A stretch of 64,000 nt of DNA from contig CM059435.1 in NCBI GenBank assembly GCA_030390025.1, forward strand, positions 22,196,001-22,260,000. Reading direction: 5' to 3'. The first letter of the stretch is position 1, and every line of letters begins with the position of its first letter. Below the pieces are notes generated by a model. It made no database searches and was not told the origin of the DNA. It was given only the letters and a program-made list of their open reading frames with translations. This document shows positions 38,130 through 50,433 of the stretch, in pieces. The position numbers and the translations under genes are program-made. Source of the DNA: Squalus acanthias. Lineage: Eukaryota.

Positions 38130-38801
38130 TCTCCTCTCTATATAATGAAGTTGTACAACATGATTTTTGACACCTTGGTGACCCTATAGTACAAACATTC
38201 CCTGATCAAGCATTTGTTCCATGATGATTTTGGTGGCTGCATGTATTTCATTATATTACTGTTCAACACAGGTTTATGACCATCTCAATAAGTTCACTAC
38301 TCCTGGGTGTCCATGATCACCCAGGAGTCCCCTTCAAATAATGGTAACACAGTAGATTGTCTTAAAATTAAGGCATTGTGACTGCTACCAGGGTAACAGA
38401 TATTCACTGTTTAATTTTGTGTATAAGTTCCGCAGATCACCTGCACATTAGTGCCATGGTTCCCCTTTCTGTTCATGAAAGCCATTGGGACCCTGGATAG
38501 CCAAATGCATGCTATCTATAATATCCTGCACTTTGGAGAAATCTGCCATATGGATAAAGTGCAGGACTCTATCTTTCCATGGAGAAATTTGTGAGTGACA
38601 ACACACCTGTTACCCATTATGTGCATTGGTGCAATATTGATTGACCGATTTTTGGCATATATCTCTGAGATGGCTTGGATCGATCCAGGCCTTTGGGGTC
38701 TTCACGGCCGCCAGCAAAGATGTCCCTTTCTGAATGTCAGGCTGGAGGATATGGCTTAACTCAATGACTGTCTCCCTGCTGAAGTGGAGCAACCAAAACA
38801 C
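38130..38801 (-). pseudogene. Degenerate PIF/Harbinger (HARBI1-like DDE) transposase
   Basis: Minus strand, with stops and frameshifts: FSRETVIELSHILQPDIQ...FSKVQDIIDSMHLAI...FMNRKGNHGTNVQVIC...YPGSSHNALILRQS...YNEIHAATKIIMEQ. Confidence 0.85.
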
Positions 38802-38814
38802 GATCTTCTCGGGT

Positions 38815-39283
38815 GTACCCAGATTTATTGTCTAGCCCTAATTCTCCTGAGGTGGTGGTGAGCCTTCTCCTTGAAGTGTTGCAATCTTTGTGGTGTTGGT
38901 GCTACCACAATGGTGTTAGGAAGGGAATTCCTGGATATTGACCCATCAACAATGAAGGAATGGTGCTATAAGTCCAGCCAGGATTGTCTGTGACTTGGGC
39001 AATTTGGATGTAATGGTGTTCCCATGACATTGCTGCTCTCGTCTTTCTCAGTAGTAGAGCTCATGGAAGGGATGTGCTGTCGAAGTAAGCTTGGCAAGAT
39101 GCTGCACTTCATCTGTAGATAGTACGTACCGCAGCCACATTACACTGGTGGTGCAGGGAGTCGAGTCCAGTAGCAGGGGCACTGGTCAAGTGGACTGCTA
39201 TGTCCTGGATGGTGTCAAGCTTCTGAGCGTTGTTGCAACTGCGCTCCAGGCAGGTGGTGAGTATTCCACCACACTTCTGATGT
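38815..39283 (-). mobile_element. Non-LTR retrotransposon 3' fragment inserted at the 5' end of the Harbinger transposase
   Basis: Diverged copy of the 13100 and 50884 family. Confidence 0.7.
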
Positions 39284-39893
39284 AACCAGACCTGCCTCTC
39301 ATCTGTCCTCAAATCCTCCTCTCCCTCCTTCAGAACAAGCTGAGAGAGAGGAAAACCCAGAGGAATTCACATGGTCTGAATTTGGGTAGCAAGCAGGTAA
39401 AATTGCAGCTCCCAGAAATGAAATTAGCAAAATAAAACAAGAAACTAAGGCAGAATCAAAAATTGCACGAAGATTAATGCAGAAAGCACAAATCTAAGAA
39501 TTGAAAGTACAGCAAGAAATAGTCGAACACGTCTTTAAGATCACATGTATTTGAAGTCCAAGAACAAGCCTTCCCAGCATTAGCCATTTTACATGGGCTT
39601 GGTCATTGCACTCTACTTTCACCAATGAAAAACCCAGAAAATCACACGTTAAGGTAGTTTGAATATATTATAATAACTTTGAGGTTCTTATTGAAGACCT
39701 TGCCTATTTTGGCCAGAGTATTGCTGCGATGAGATATGGTCCAGTCAGAAAATTGCACTTGCCACACCACGTCAAGGAATGGGCAGAAGGCCTCCTTAAC
39801 CAATTTGCAGGCTCCCACTTGCCCATTCCGTGCTGTTATCAGCCGTGTTGCAGAGCAGAAAATTAGGCCTATAGTTTTTTTATATTTCTATTT

Positions 39894-40877
39894 CAACAAC
39901 AACAACTTGTATTTATATAGCGCCTTTAATTTAGTAAAACGTCCCACGGCACTTTACAAGAGCGTTATAAAAAAAATTTGAAACCGAGCCACATAAGGAG
40001 ATATTAGGGCAGATGACCAAAAGCTGGGTTTTAAGGAGCGTCTTAAAAGAAGATGGAGAGGTTTAGAGAAGGAATTCCAGAACTTAGGGCCTGGGCAGCT
40101 GAAGGCACGGCCACCAATGGTGGAGCGATTAAAATCGGGGATGCTCATTAGCCAGAATTAGAGGAGCACAGATAGCTTGGAGGGTTGTGGGGCTGGAGGA
40201 GATTACAGAGTTGGGGAGGGGCGAGGCCATGGAGGGATTTGAAACCAAGGATGAGAATTTTTAAATCAAGGCGTTGCTTAACCAGGAGCCATTGTAGGTC
40301 AGCGAGCACAGGGGTGATGGGTGAACGGGACTTTGTGCGAGTTAGTATACGGGCAGCAGAGTTTTGGATGACCTCAAGTTTACGGATGGTAGAATGTGGG
40401 AGGCCAGCCAGGAGTGTATTGGAATGGTCAAGTCTAGAGGTAAAGGCATGAATGGGGGTTTCAGCAGCAGATGAGCTGCAGCAGAGGCGGAGTTGAGCGA
40501 TGTTCTGGAGATGGAAATAGGTGGTCTTAGTAATGGAGCGGCTATGTGGTCGGAAGCTCATCTCAGGGTCAAATATGACACCAAGGTTGTGAACAGTCTG
40601 GTTCAGCCTCAGACGGTTGCCTGGGAGAGGGATGGAGTCAGTGGCTAGGAAACGAAGTTTGTGGTGGGGACCGAAGACAATAGCTTCGGTCTTCCCAATA
40701 TTTAGTTGGAGGAAATTTCTGCTCCTCCAGTACAGGATGTCGGACAAGCAGTCTGATAATTTAGAGAACATGGAGGGGTTGAGAGAAGTGGTGGTGAGGT
40801 AGAGCTGGGTGTCATCAGCGTAAATGTGGAAACTGACGCTGTGTTTTCGGATAGTGTCACCAAGGGGCAGCATGTAG
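39894..40877 (-). mobile_element. 5'-truncated L2 LINE with partial reverse transcriptase
   Basis: ORF 40148..40873 carries FHIYADDTQLY (RT motif C), FLQLNIGKTE and SRLDHSN. (CAA)n tail at 39894. Confidence 0.92.
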
Positions 40878-41893
40878 ATTTTATTCTGTTTTGCACGGTA
40901 AAATTAATTTTAAATTTTACTATCTAAAACCTTTCCATCAAATTTTAAAATAAAATAATGCCTATTTCCATTGTTTTGAATATTCCTGAATTTGTTGAGA
41001 CTAGAGCAATGATTTTAGGGAAATGGTCTAATTTCTGGGGGGAAAAAAATGTGTCCAAGCACATTTGTAAAAGAGTTTAAAATATCAGGGGGGAAACTCA
41101 CATTATTGCAGGGATCCATGGTGTGTATTCGGGTTTATTATGGAAACATTAAAAGGATAGAATTCACTGCCTTTGTTGTTCATGTACAAACACTTAATGC
41201 AGTTGTTCAAATTACTCCCCTCTAATTCAACAGAGGCGCTAACAAGTTTAATATAAATGGGTAAATGTCTCCGTTAAAATAATGGAGGGAAGAACTCGAT
41301 ATAAGCATATAAAGAGGGAAGTACTATCTGGCAGCTTAGATTGAAAAATCATGTGCGCTGCTCATTGATGTCTGATGTGTGCAGCTGGTGGATGAGGTTC
41401 TCCGTGCATACTCAGCAAGTCGTCCCCTCGGCGTTTGAATGATAATCTTGCTGATTTTAGCTTCTATCCTTTGTGTAGAGAATTGCATCGTTCAAAAGGA
41501 TCCAAATTCTATTTCCATGATATTGGAGGCAATAGTTTGGCTGTATTTTGTTCTCTTTACCTCCGTGTATTGCACCGGATGTTCACAGGTTCTCATTCCA
41601 ACTCTCATCTCTATCTCTGCTGGGGGAGCTGTCATTAGTTCTCAGCTGGTCATTAAGTGGGGAAGGTTTGTCTCAGCACATGCATCATCACTCATTTGTA
41701 TAACCCTAGAACCTCGTTGCTGTGGCGATTCTTGTAGCCGACACTCCTGTGTACTCTTTGCTGAGGGAGGTTATGTGGTGGTGTGAGAAAACTGTGGCGG
41801 GGGGGGGGTGGGGGGGGGAAGAAGGGAAAGACATTCTAAAAATTTCCTCTTCGCCCTGCTGTAACTCAGTTCTATGATTCTTTGTTTAAGCAG

Positions 41894-42019
41894 GTCAAGG
41901 AACTCCAGCTTGATTTATCTGAAGCCAAGGAAACTATCCGAGGACTGCAGGAGCAGCTTGTTCAGGAAAGGGAGCTTCGGAATGAAGATGCGGAGAGATT
42001 TCAACAGAAAATGTCACAG
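41894..42019 (+). CDS. SOGA1: SOGA1/MTCL2 exon F (VKELQLDLSEAKE...QKMSQ)
   Basis: tttgtttaagcag acceptor, CAG|gtcagt donor, 126 nt. Confidence 0.9.
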
Positions 42020-43347
42020 GTCAGTTTAAAAAGAACAATTATGAATTTCACACAATGGAATTTATGAGCTTTAAAGTGAAATTCAAGAAAAAATGCTGAA
42101 GGAAATAAAATGTTACCATTTGAAAATTGCAACTGTTCAAATTCTAGAGTTGCTTAGTAATTCATTTAATTAATTTTCTCGTGTATATACAACATGCAAC
42201 CAAGGGGAAAGGTCATGTTCAGAGAAATTCTCATCACACAGTTGTTAATCATTGTAATATCTATTCAACACAGTGCTATTTTCACTGCACATTCCACAAG
42301 TGAATACCTGTCAGAAATTGAACACTTTCCTGTTTTCCTCATTTCCCAGTCCAAAACCACACTCTGCAGGGAAATTTGTTGGACAGTTCTACATTAAAAA
42401 CATACATATCAACCACTTTGATTGTCCATGTTAAATGTCTGTTGTCAGCTGTGGGCTAAATAAATGCACTGATAAGACTTACAATCATATGCAGGTAAAG
42501 TGCATTTGCCTCCCATTTTGTATTCAGGATACGCAATTATTTCTGCCTCTACGTCATTCCCTTACACTACTGGCTACCAATATCAGTTGCCACTGTTTGT
42601 GTGTCTCTGGTCTCTATCTGCCTGTCTCTGTCTCTTTTTCTCTTCCTCCTGTGAGAGAAAGCTGGAGAATGCTGGTAGGAGGAAATGCTGTCCTAGCCTC
42701 CAGTGTCGGAGCGAAACGGTTCACTTAATACTAGGGTGTCACTGGAACCTTGTCACTATAGAGGCAGATTAAAATTTGATGAAGGCAGGGAAACTGCCAG
42801 TTCCAAGCAACTTGGTTTCTTTTGCTAGATAGTGAGGGGAAGGAGCATTACTGAACCCTGTCGTTAGCATAAATATTTTCCAGCAAATGGAGCAGAGACA
42901 CAGATGGTCAGCTGAGGAATGCTGAGAACCCTCGAGGGTTTGGAACAAAATATTGAACAATTCAGGGGTCTTCTGCTTGAATTCAATTCTGTTTATATGA
43001 AACTTTTTGCTTGGTGAATTGGACTTCAATACAAGAAATCTTGACTTTTTTATTGATGGACTGTAGTTCCTGTAGGATCTGGAGTTCAGCAATCGTAGTT
43101 TGGACCATCCAGCACTATTTAAAAACAAAGATCACAGATATAAATTAGGATAAGTAATGCCATTTACCTCATATTTCCTTAGAAATCAGTCTACCAGTTT
43201 GTACCTATTTACCTTTTTCCTGCCATCATGCTTTAAAACAGTGCCTAGTCATTTCTATTCCACTTAGTATCTTGTATACCTCTTATAAGATCCCCTCACA
43301 TTCGCCTTTTAAGGCTAAAGAATCAGAGCTTTTCTAACCCCTTTTCA

Positions 43348-43502
43348 TAAAGGGAATTGGATAAACATTTGAAGGGGGAAAATTTGCAGGTCTTGGGGAA
43401 AGGGCAGGGGTGTGAGGCTAATTGGATAGCTCTTTCAAAGAGCCGGCACAGGCACGATGGGCCAAATGGCCGCCTTCTGTGCTGTATCTTTCTATGATTC
43501 TA
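43348..43502 (+). mobile_element. CR1-type 3' fragment
   Basis: ctctttcaaagagccggcacaggcacgatgggccaaatggcc...ttctatgattct. Reverse copy at 61368-61445. Confidence 0.7.
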
Positions 43503-43534
43503 CTGCATACAAAAGAGATAGAAACAATTTTGCG

Positions 43535-43795
43535 CTGACTGGTATGGTACAGAACAGGAAGGTTCAATATCTGGTCTCTGCTGAATTAACAAGTCTCTGT
43601 TAAGATAGCAGTAAGGGTGCTGTAGTTGGATAAAGCAAGCCTGGACTAGGGGTATCACTCCCGATTGTTATCCAGTGACCCCGCTTGAATGTCCGTCACC
43701 CGCAGTCGAAGATCACCTAAGAATGGACATTTGGTTCAGGTACCACAGAGCTGGTAGCACCCATTGAACAATGAGTTAGGAGAGTGAGAAAGAAA
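43535..43795 (+). mobile_element. Ancient SINE copy (same family as 33300)
   Basis: ggttcaatatctggtctctgctgaattaac...tatccagtgacccc...gaatggacatttgg motifs. Confidence 0.5.
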
Positions 43796-44261
43796 ATCAT
43801 AGAAAAATTACCATATTTATGCAGCTGCACGGTGTGTAGGTTTTGTGCAGTCAGGTCTTCAGGGAGAAGCTAGGGAAATTAGAGGATGAGTCACCTTGGG
43901 CCAGTCTTGCTGACTTTCCGAGTTGCCAGTTACATGGAGCCATTGACAGAGCCTTGGGGCACATGTCACATTCACAGCTCGAAACTGGCAAATTCAACAC
44001 CGTATCTGGGGATTAAAAGGAGGAGTTGGAAAGGCTTGTGTTTTAAAAAAATCTTTGGTTTTTTTGAGCTACTTAAAGAAGTACTATGGAATTTGATGAG
44101 ACTAATGGGGCACATCAGCTTTAACAGCTGTTTTGTATGCTGCGGGTGAGTGCACAATGAACCATGACATAAACATAAGAGTTGCTGATAGGAGACGTAC
44201 ACGGTCTGGTTCACTGTTGAAGTCTTTATGCTTTCACTGGTTCTTTAATTGCTTTCCATAG

Positions 44262-44492
44262 CTTAAAGAGGAGCAACAAAAGGCACTTGTACGAAGAGAT
44301 TTTGAGCTGCAGAGCCTGAATTTGCAGACCAGACTTGAGCAGAAATTCTGGAGCCAGGAGAAAAACCTGTTTGTGAAGGAAGCTGATCAGTTCAAACAAA
44401 ACCTCTTCCTGCTCTACATGAAGCTGAAATGGTTCCTGAAACACTGGAAATGTGGCAAGAAGATGGATAATGATGGGGATGATTTACTAGAG
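44262..44492 (+). CDS. SOGA1: SOGA1/MTCL2 exon G (LKEEQQKALVRRDFELQSL...DDLLE)
   Basis: gctttccatag acceptor, GAG|gtgcag donor, 231 nt. Contains conserved LEQKFWSQEKN and MKLKWFLKHW. Confidence 0.92.
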
Positions 44493-45137
44493 GTGCAGTA
44501 TTTGAAATTTAAAAAATTAATAATCTGCTCTTCTTCCAGAAATTATATTTTTGTAAAGTCTCATGCCCTTGCAACAGTGCAATGTTAAACCTATAAAGTA
44601 CATGCAATAAACACAGATGTAATTTTATATTAATATAACTTGGGATCAATTCATCCAATTAGTAAGGATATGTGTATACTAAGTAAATCTTAGAGTAAAT
44701 TAGAGGAACAATGTATAGAACGTGTCTATTGGGCTTATAGTCTACATATAGCAAATTGAACAAGCAAAAACCAAGGTGCTTCTGTGATACTTTTCCAATC
44801 ATGCTCCCAGTGGGGAGTCTTGCTCACTGAGAGCACACCGCGGAAAGTCCTGTGTGCACAATTTTCTGACCAAAATGGGTGAATAATTATGTGCATTGAA
44901 ATTTCTGATGTGCACGTTTGGCAAGAGAGTCTAGCCACCGAGGAGCATAAAGTCAGAAAGTTGCCCCTTATTTAAGCTGTGTCCTCCATTCATTTAAAAT
45001 CGATTGTTAACATATTTGTGTACCGTAACAAAAGATTAACTACTATTGTCAGTGTGTCACAATGCACTATGCTATATGGTTCATGTCCGTTGATGCCATT
45101 CATTCAAACAATCCCTGTGCTCCGATGCACTTGGCAG

Positions 45138-45302
45138 GTTAACAGTGTGAAAGATTTATATTTGCTGATTGAAGAAGAGGAGCTGACCCCTCGCCAAGTG
45201 GACAATAAGACTGTGACAACAGATGATCAATCTCAGAAAACCTTAGAGGAGGCTTTGACTCTTCCAGTGGAGAAATCAGTTCTTTCATCACGCCCAAAGC
45301 AG
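45138..45302 (+). CDS. SOGA1: SOGA1/MTCL2 exon H (VNSVKDLYLLIEEEE...RPKQ)
   Basis: ttggcag acceptor and 165 nt to CAG|gtacac. N-terminal part resembles VNSMKELYLLMEEEE. The 3' end is less certain because it is longer than the recalled human exon. Confidence 0.8.
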
Positions 45303-45900
45303 GTACACCAATGTTTAAATAACCAATTACAGCAACGCAAAGGGATGTTCACTATCTGTGCCACACTTTCCAAAATTAAATACTAGAGCTTCTTTCTATT
45401 AAAACTACAGGGTTCATTTCAATTAGAGTCTCTACTCGAGAGGGTTTGACCCATGGGTTTTGTGAATTAAGTAACAATAGCTCATTATTACCAATCCAAT
45501 TTTTATACAGTATAGTAAAGCATAGTCTATCATTGTAATAATAGGTTCATTTTTAAGAGCGTTATAGCTGTGTTGAAGAAAGTCCTGAAAGGGCACACTG
45601 GAGCTCTAACATTCTTAGCTACAGATCGCTGGATCATTGCATCATCTGTGTGGTGGATTACTGATCTGGTGGGATGATAAATTTCATTTATCATTTGCTT
45701 AATCAGTCTGAATTGTTGTGCATGTCTTTTGCTGCTTCCTCTTTCTCTTTTAATGTTGTCAGCAAATTTGACAAAATTGCATTTAATTTTGGAATCCAGA
45801 TTACTTATACGGATTAGAAACTGCGGGATCTAGTCACTGATTCCTGGGGGGGAGTCAGTCCATTCGCCCAGTCTGGTGCTGCACCTTTCACAAGTACACA

Positions 45901-46070
45901 GTACGATAGCAAAATACTGCAGATGCTGGAAATCCAAAATAACAACAGAAAACGCTGGAAAAACTCAGCAGGCGAGGCAGCATCCGTGGAGAGAGAAACA
46001 GAGTTAACGTTTCAGGTCGATGACCTTTCGTCAGAACTGGAAAGAGCCGGAAATCAAATAGATTTAAGGC
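45901..46070 (-). mobile_element. Penelope-like pLTR fragment (family 1) with 12-bp TSD and intact hammerhead core
   Basis: TSD cacaagtacaca at 45889-45900 and 46071-46082. Minus strand reads agttCTGACGAaaggtcatcgacctGAAAcgttaact. Confidence 0.8.
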
Positions 46071-46664
46071 CACAAGTACACAATAGCCATTTTTACATTA
46101 CTATTTTCATTTGGATTCTATGACCATTCTCTGACATTTATGCTGTTAAATTCAGTTTCTGTAGCGATAGACTTGTAGGAAGTTTTTTTTCTATTTTTTT
46201 AGCAGACTTCTTTATCCTGTCCCCTGTTCTACCCTGGATTCCTGTTTTTTAGGCAAATTGGAAGTCTTGCATGTGGAACTTTGTCAAAAGCTTTCCAGAA
46301 ATCCAAATAAACTAGGGACTATCACTATTTCATCTGTAAGATTTTCAAAAGAAGCAGGAAGGAGCCACTCATGAATCCATGCTGACTGTTGCTTATTAAG
46401 TTATTGTAACGTAGAGTATCTGTGAAACAGGCCAATTTACAGCAATCTTAGCACCATTAAGCTTGATAAAGGCAACCAATCTGTTAACATTTGTTAAACT
46501 AAAATGTAGCTATATTACTGATATTTCTGTTTTATTCAGTCAGTTGGTGTATGTAGGGCACAGAATTGATTGTCAGTTTTGTCAAGATCATGTGCATTAT
46601 AGCAAAGATGTTTATTTTGATTTTTAACAGAAATAATATTTTAAGCTTGTTTTATATTTTCCAG

Positions 46665-46832
46665 TCAAATGAATACAGTAGAGTTGTGGGAGACATTAAA
46701 ATGATTTTAAAGGACCTTTGCACAGAGTTAAAAGAGGAAAGGAGGCGAACAAATGAGCTTCAGCTACAGTTCGCAAATGCCAAATCAGCCTGGGAGATAG
46801 AAAAGGTGGAACTCAAAAGTCGTATTGCACAG
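46665..46832 (+). CDS. SOGA1: SOGA1/MTCL2 exon I (SNEYSRVVGDIK...SRIAQ)
   Basis: tatattttccag acceptor, CAG|gtaagc donor, 168 nt. Confidence 0.9.
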
Positions 46833-47114
46833 GTAAGCAGAAGACGAGAACAACATTTGAGATAGTTATGCTGTTGGCAGTAATCCACGGTCACTCTTAT
46901 TGCATTCAATGCCAACAGTCCCAAGGCTAGTGTACTTTTTTTTTACTATGGAAGGGGCATTAAAGTACATTTGCCCTTCTATCTGCTTTTATTTAAGCAC
47001 GTCAGTCTCTTGCTTGGCCCATTAGAGACTTTACTATGATAATAGGAAATGAGCAAGGTTGGACACAGAAATATAACATGTTCCTTGTTTCACTATGAGC
47101 AAGAGCTCGTTCAT

Positions 47115-47832
47115 GGGGGAAAAATTCGGTTGATTTGTGCCTCCCTAAGAGGGCGCTAACGGGGCGCAAAGCAACTAGCGCCTGGGCGCGGCGCCGCCAA
47201 AGCCTCCCGCGAAATTCAGCTGGAGGTTAGCGGCGGCGATAACCGTTAGCGCCCCATGGCGCTGCGCCTCCGGCGATTACTTCATCGCCGTGCGCAGCAC
47301 CCCGGCTGCAATCTTCGGTAGCACCCCCTGACTTACCGCCGGACGCTATGTCCGACAGGGCCGGGGGGGGGGGGGCTACCTGAGGCCGGGGCGGCGCAAA
47401 TTAAAGGCGAGGTGCCGGGCGGCCATTTTTGTTGCTGGCCGCCTGCCAGCACCCATTGCTGTCCCCGGCCTTCTGTGCAGCCCCCCCACGGGGTGCCGGC
47501 TGCACTCCGTGAGCCCGGCACTTCTCTTGAGTGCCAGGCTCTTTTGCCGGCACTCCGATCCCTGGTGGCCCAGCTGGGCCCTGGGTTGCGCTGCGCTAGG
47601 GCCCTCCCCTTTAATAAGGGGAGGAAGGCCTGCAGTACCACGGCGCGACATGATATTCACTCGCAGTGCCCCCAAGAGGGGGGCGGGGCACTTTCAGTAG
47701 CGCCCCACCTCCCACTTGGGGCGCTACCAGTGAATTTCTGACGCGGGGGCGCTAATTTTTTCAGGGCGCTAAAAGTAGCGCCCCAGCAAAGTTAGCGCCC
47801 CAAAGGGGCGCAACCCAATTGTCCCCCCCCCC
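47115..47832. mobile_element. GC/CpG-rich MITE with ggcgctaa/ttagcgcc subterminal repeats
   Basis: Ends gggggaaaaattcggttg / caacccaattgtcccc, AT on both flanks, repeated GGCGCTAA motifs near both ends. Confidence 0.75.
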
Positions 47833-49124
47833 ATATTTCTGAACATAATTCTGAATATCAAGTATATATACTATTGATAGTTGCCGCAACTATTTCTAAA
47901 GGAGGCCTTTAAAATCAAATGAGTTGTTATGGATACTAACAAGTGAATCGAGCTTAACTTAAAGAAAAACAAAAATTACAGCTCCATTGATGTGAATGCC
48001 CAGAATGCACTTGGGAAGTGTGCCATTACCCATCCAAACATCGTCTCCTCCTCAGCAGAGCTATGCTTTCATTAGCATTGTCACAACATTGTTTGACTTT
48101 CCACATTTAAGCACCTAGTAATTAGTAACATGGTCCTTCCATTTACACGTTTGATGGATCTGAGTTGGTGCAGGTGAAACTTGTCAAAGCCGGGTTTCAT
48201 GTAAAGGTGAGTCAATCACAACTGTATGATAGGTTTTTGCCAGATTAACTGAGAGTGAATGAAGCTGCTTAGGTCGAACACATTACCCATTTTTCTGAGC
48301 TGGTGTGCTGTCAGGACCAGAAAGTTTCTTCATCTTGAACAGCTTGTTAGTTTCTTAACATGGGTGGCCTAGCCACATTTTCATGCATCGATTGTTGATT
48401 CACAGCTTCATTTGTGATGCTGGATTGTCAGTTTAATCGATTGTCAAAAGGTTTGTGGCACCTGTGTAGGATCTCAGCTTTGTTGGTGATTAAAGTGCTT
48501 CTTTCTGTGCCCTTCAACACAGAAGAAGCAGTAAACTTGCTTCATAGCTTTGTGAAAGCTTTCTAACGTGCACAGACAACAGACGAGGCTACCCGGCTTT
48601 AGTGTGAATTTGGAAAATTACCCCCTCGAAGTTGAAATAGTCATTCCTATGCAGTATTCACATTTGGACAGTTGTAATTATAATTGGAAAAGACATTAAA
48701 CTTAAACTTGGGAATAACACTACACAGTCCTGGCAGAGACAATTACTGATGATGGATGTTTGAATCTTGAGGCTTCAATGTAGAGGATAGTTCTCTGGAG
48801 ATATAGAGGCAATTGTATCCTTTTGACACATCCCATTTTATAACATAGATCAAAATGCTGTGAGGTTGGTAAGGATCCTTTAGATGATTACCCTAAATCT
48901 GGTATAGTTTCACACTTTCATGGCCTCCAGACCTCAAGGTGCAACTAGCACAGTGGTGTGATCTGAGATTTTTCCCGCCTGCATAGATTGAATGTGGGAG
49001 AAGCTGTCCTCTCAGTGGATCCGATAGACTCCGTTTTGCAGTAAGCAGTTGTAACCACTGTGGTGAAAGAGGCTCCAGGCATTTCTTCTGTTTTATGAAG
49101 ATTTTTATTTGCTGTCCATCATTT

Positions 49125-49465
49125 TTTATATTCATTCTTGAGATGTGGACGTCTCTGGCAAGGCTGACATTTATTGCCCATCCCTAGTTGCCCAGGTTTA
49201 ATACAGTGACTGACTAGACCACTCCAGGGGCCAGTTAGGAGTCGCCACTGTGGGACTGGAGTCACATATATGCCAGACTGGGTAAAAACGGCAGGTTTTC
49301 TTCCCTAAGTCACTCGTGAACCAGTTGAGCTTTTTACAACAATCTGACAGTTTCACAGCTTTTTATTTCCAGATTTTTAAAACTTATTCAAATTCTCAAA
49401 CTGCCGTGGTGGGAATTGAACTTGTCCTCTCTGTAATATTAGTCCAGCAACATAACCACTACACT
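49125..49465 (-). mobile_element. tRNA-derived SINE whose tail matches the 13100-13320 LINE 3' end
   Basis: Minus strand has gtagtggttatgttgctggacta...gttcaattcccacc head and a gggcaactagggatgggcaataaatg...gccagagacgtccacatc tail. Confidence 0.65.
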
Positions 49466-50167
49466 TGCATTTTGTTCTATAATCATATATTTTTATTTCA
49501 TATATTTTGCGGTTATTCTTGAACTCTGAATCAGTATTTCAGCTTTTTTTTTAAATCTTCAATGTAGATTCATTCTTCAAGCCCCCAGTTCCTTTCAGTG
49601 ACTCTTCACAAATATCTGTAGCCAAGAAACTACTTGGTGATTTTAGTGGATGAACATGCTTTCAGCAGCGACATTAACCCATTTAAAATGTACAGGTTAT
49701 CACCTGTGTTAAAATAGCAGGTAGAACAATGTCACATAACCCCTTTAAGTAAGTGCCATTCACTAATATTGCCAACAGTAATTTCTAGAAAGAATTTTAG
49801 GATCTGTATAATGACTTGTCATATCCTCAGAGCATCCCAAAGCACTTTACAACCAGTGAATTACTTTTTGAAGTCACTTCTATGCAGGGAAAGTCTATTA
49901 CATTGAGCATTTTTAAACAAATGCAAGTCAAGCAGAGGTTGCTTCATAACTGGAAAAAATGCTAAAATAAATCAGTTTAGAAAGAATATTGATATAGCTT
50001 TGTGAGGTTAAAGAATATTTAACTTAATTTCATATTTTTCATTTGCACTGTGCTCTGAGTTAAATTGTTAACAGTTGACTGTAATATGACTCTTAAAGTG
50101 CCATTTAGAGCAGTCTTCTCTGCAAGCTCTATAGACCCCTGTTTAGCAGAATTAAGATTTAAATATT

Positions 50168-50376
50168 GCTGGAGATACTCAGCAGGTCAGGCAGCATCTG
50201 TGAAGAGAGAAACAGAGTTAACGTTTCAGGTTGATGACCTTTCGTCTGACAAAAGGTCATCAACCTGAAACGTTAACTCTGTTTCTCTCTTCACAGATGC
50301 TGCCTGACCTGCTGAGTATCTCCAGCATTTTCTGTTTTTATTTCAGATTTCCAGCATCTGCAGTATTTTCTTTTTG
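50168..50376. mobile_element. Penelope-like pLTR fold-back insertion (family 1) with 15-bp TSD
   Basis: 80-bp arms 50167-50246 and 50248-50327 with one mismatch. TSD taagatttaaatatt at 50153-50167 and 50377-50391. Confidence 0.88.
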
Positions 50377-50433
50377 TAAGATTTAAATATTATTGGGCTG
50401 CACTTACTGACATCTCTAAGATACTGATTCCAC

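Noticed and set aside
40148-40873. 241-aa reverse transcriptase ORF as an active or domesticated gene
   Set aside because: 5'-truncated L2 copy lacking the endonuclease and most RT motifs, with a premature stop before the C-terminal end.
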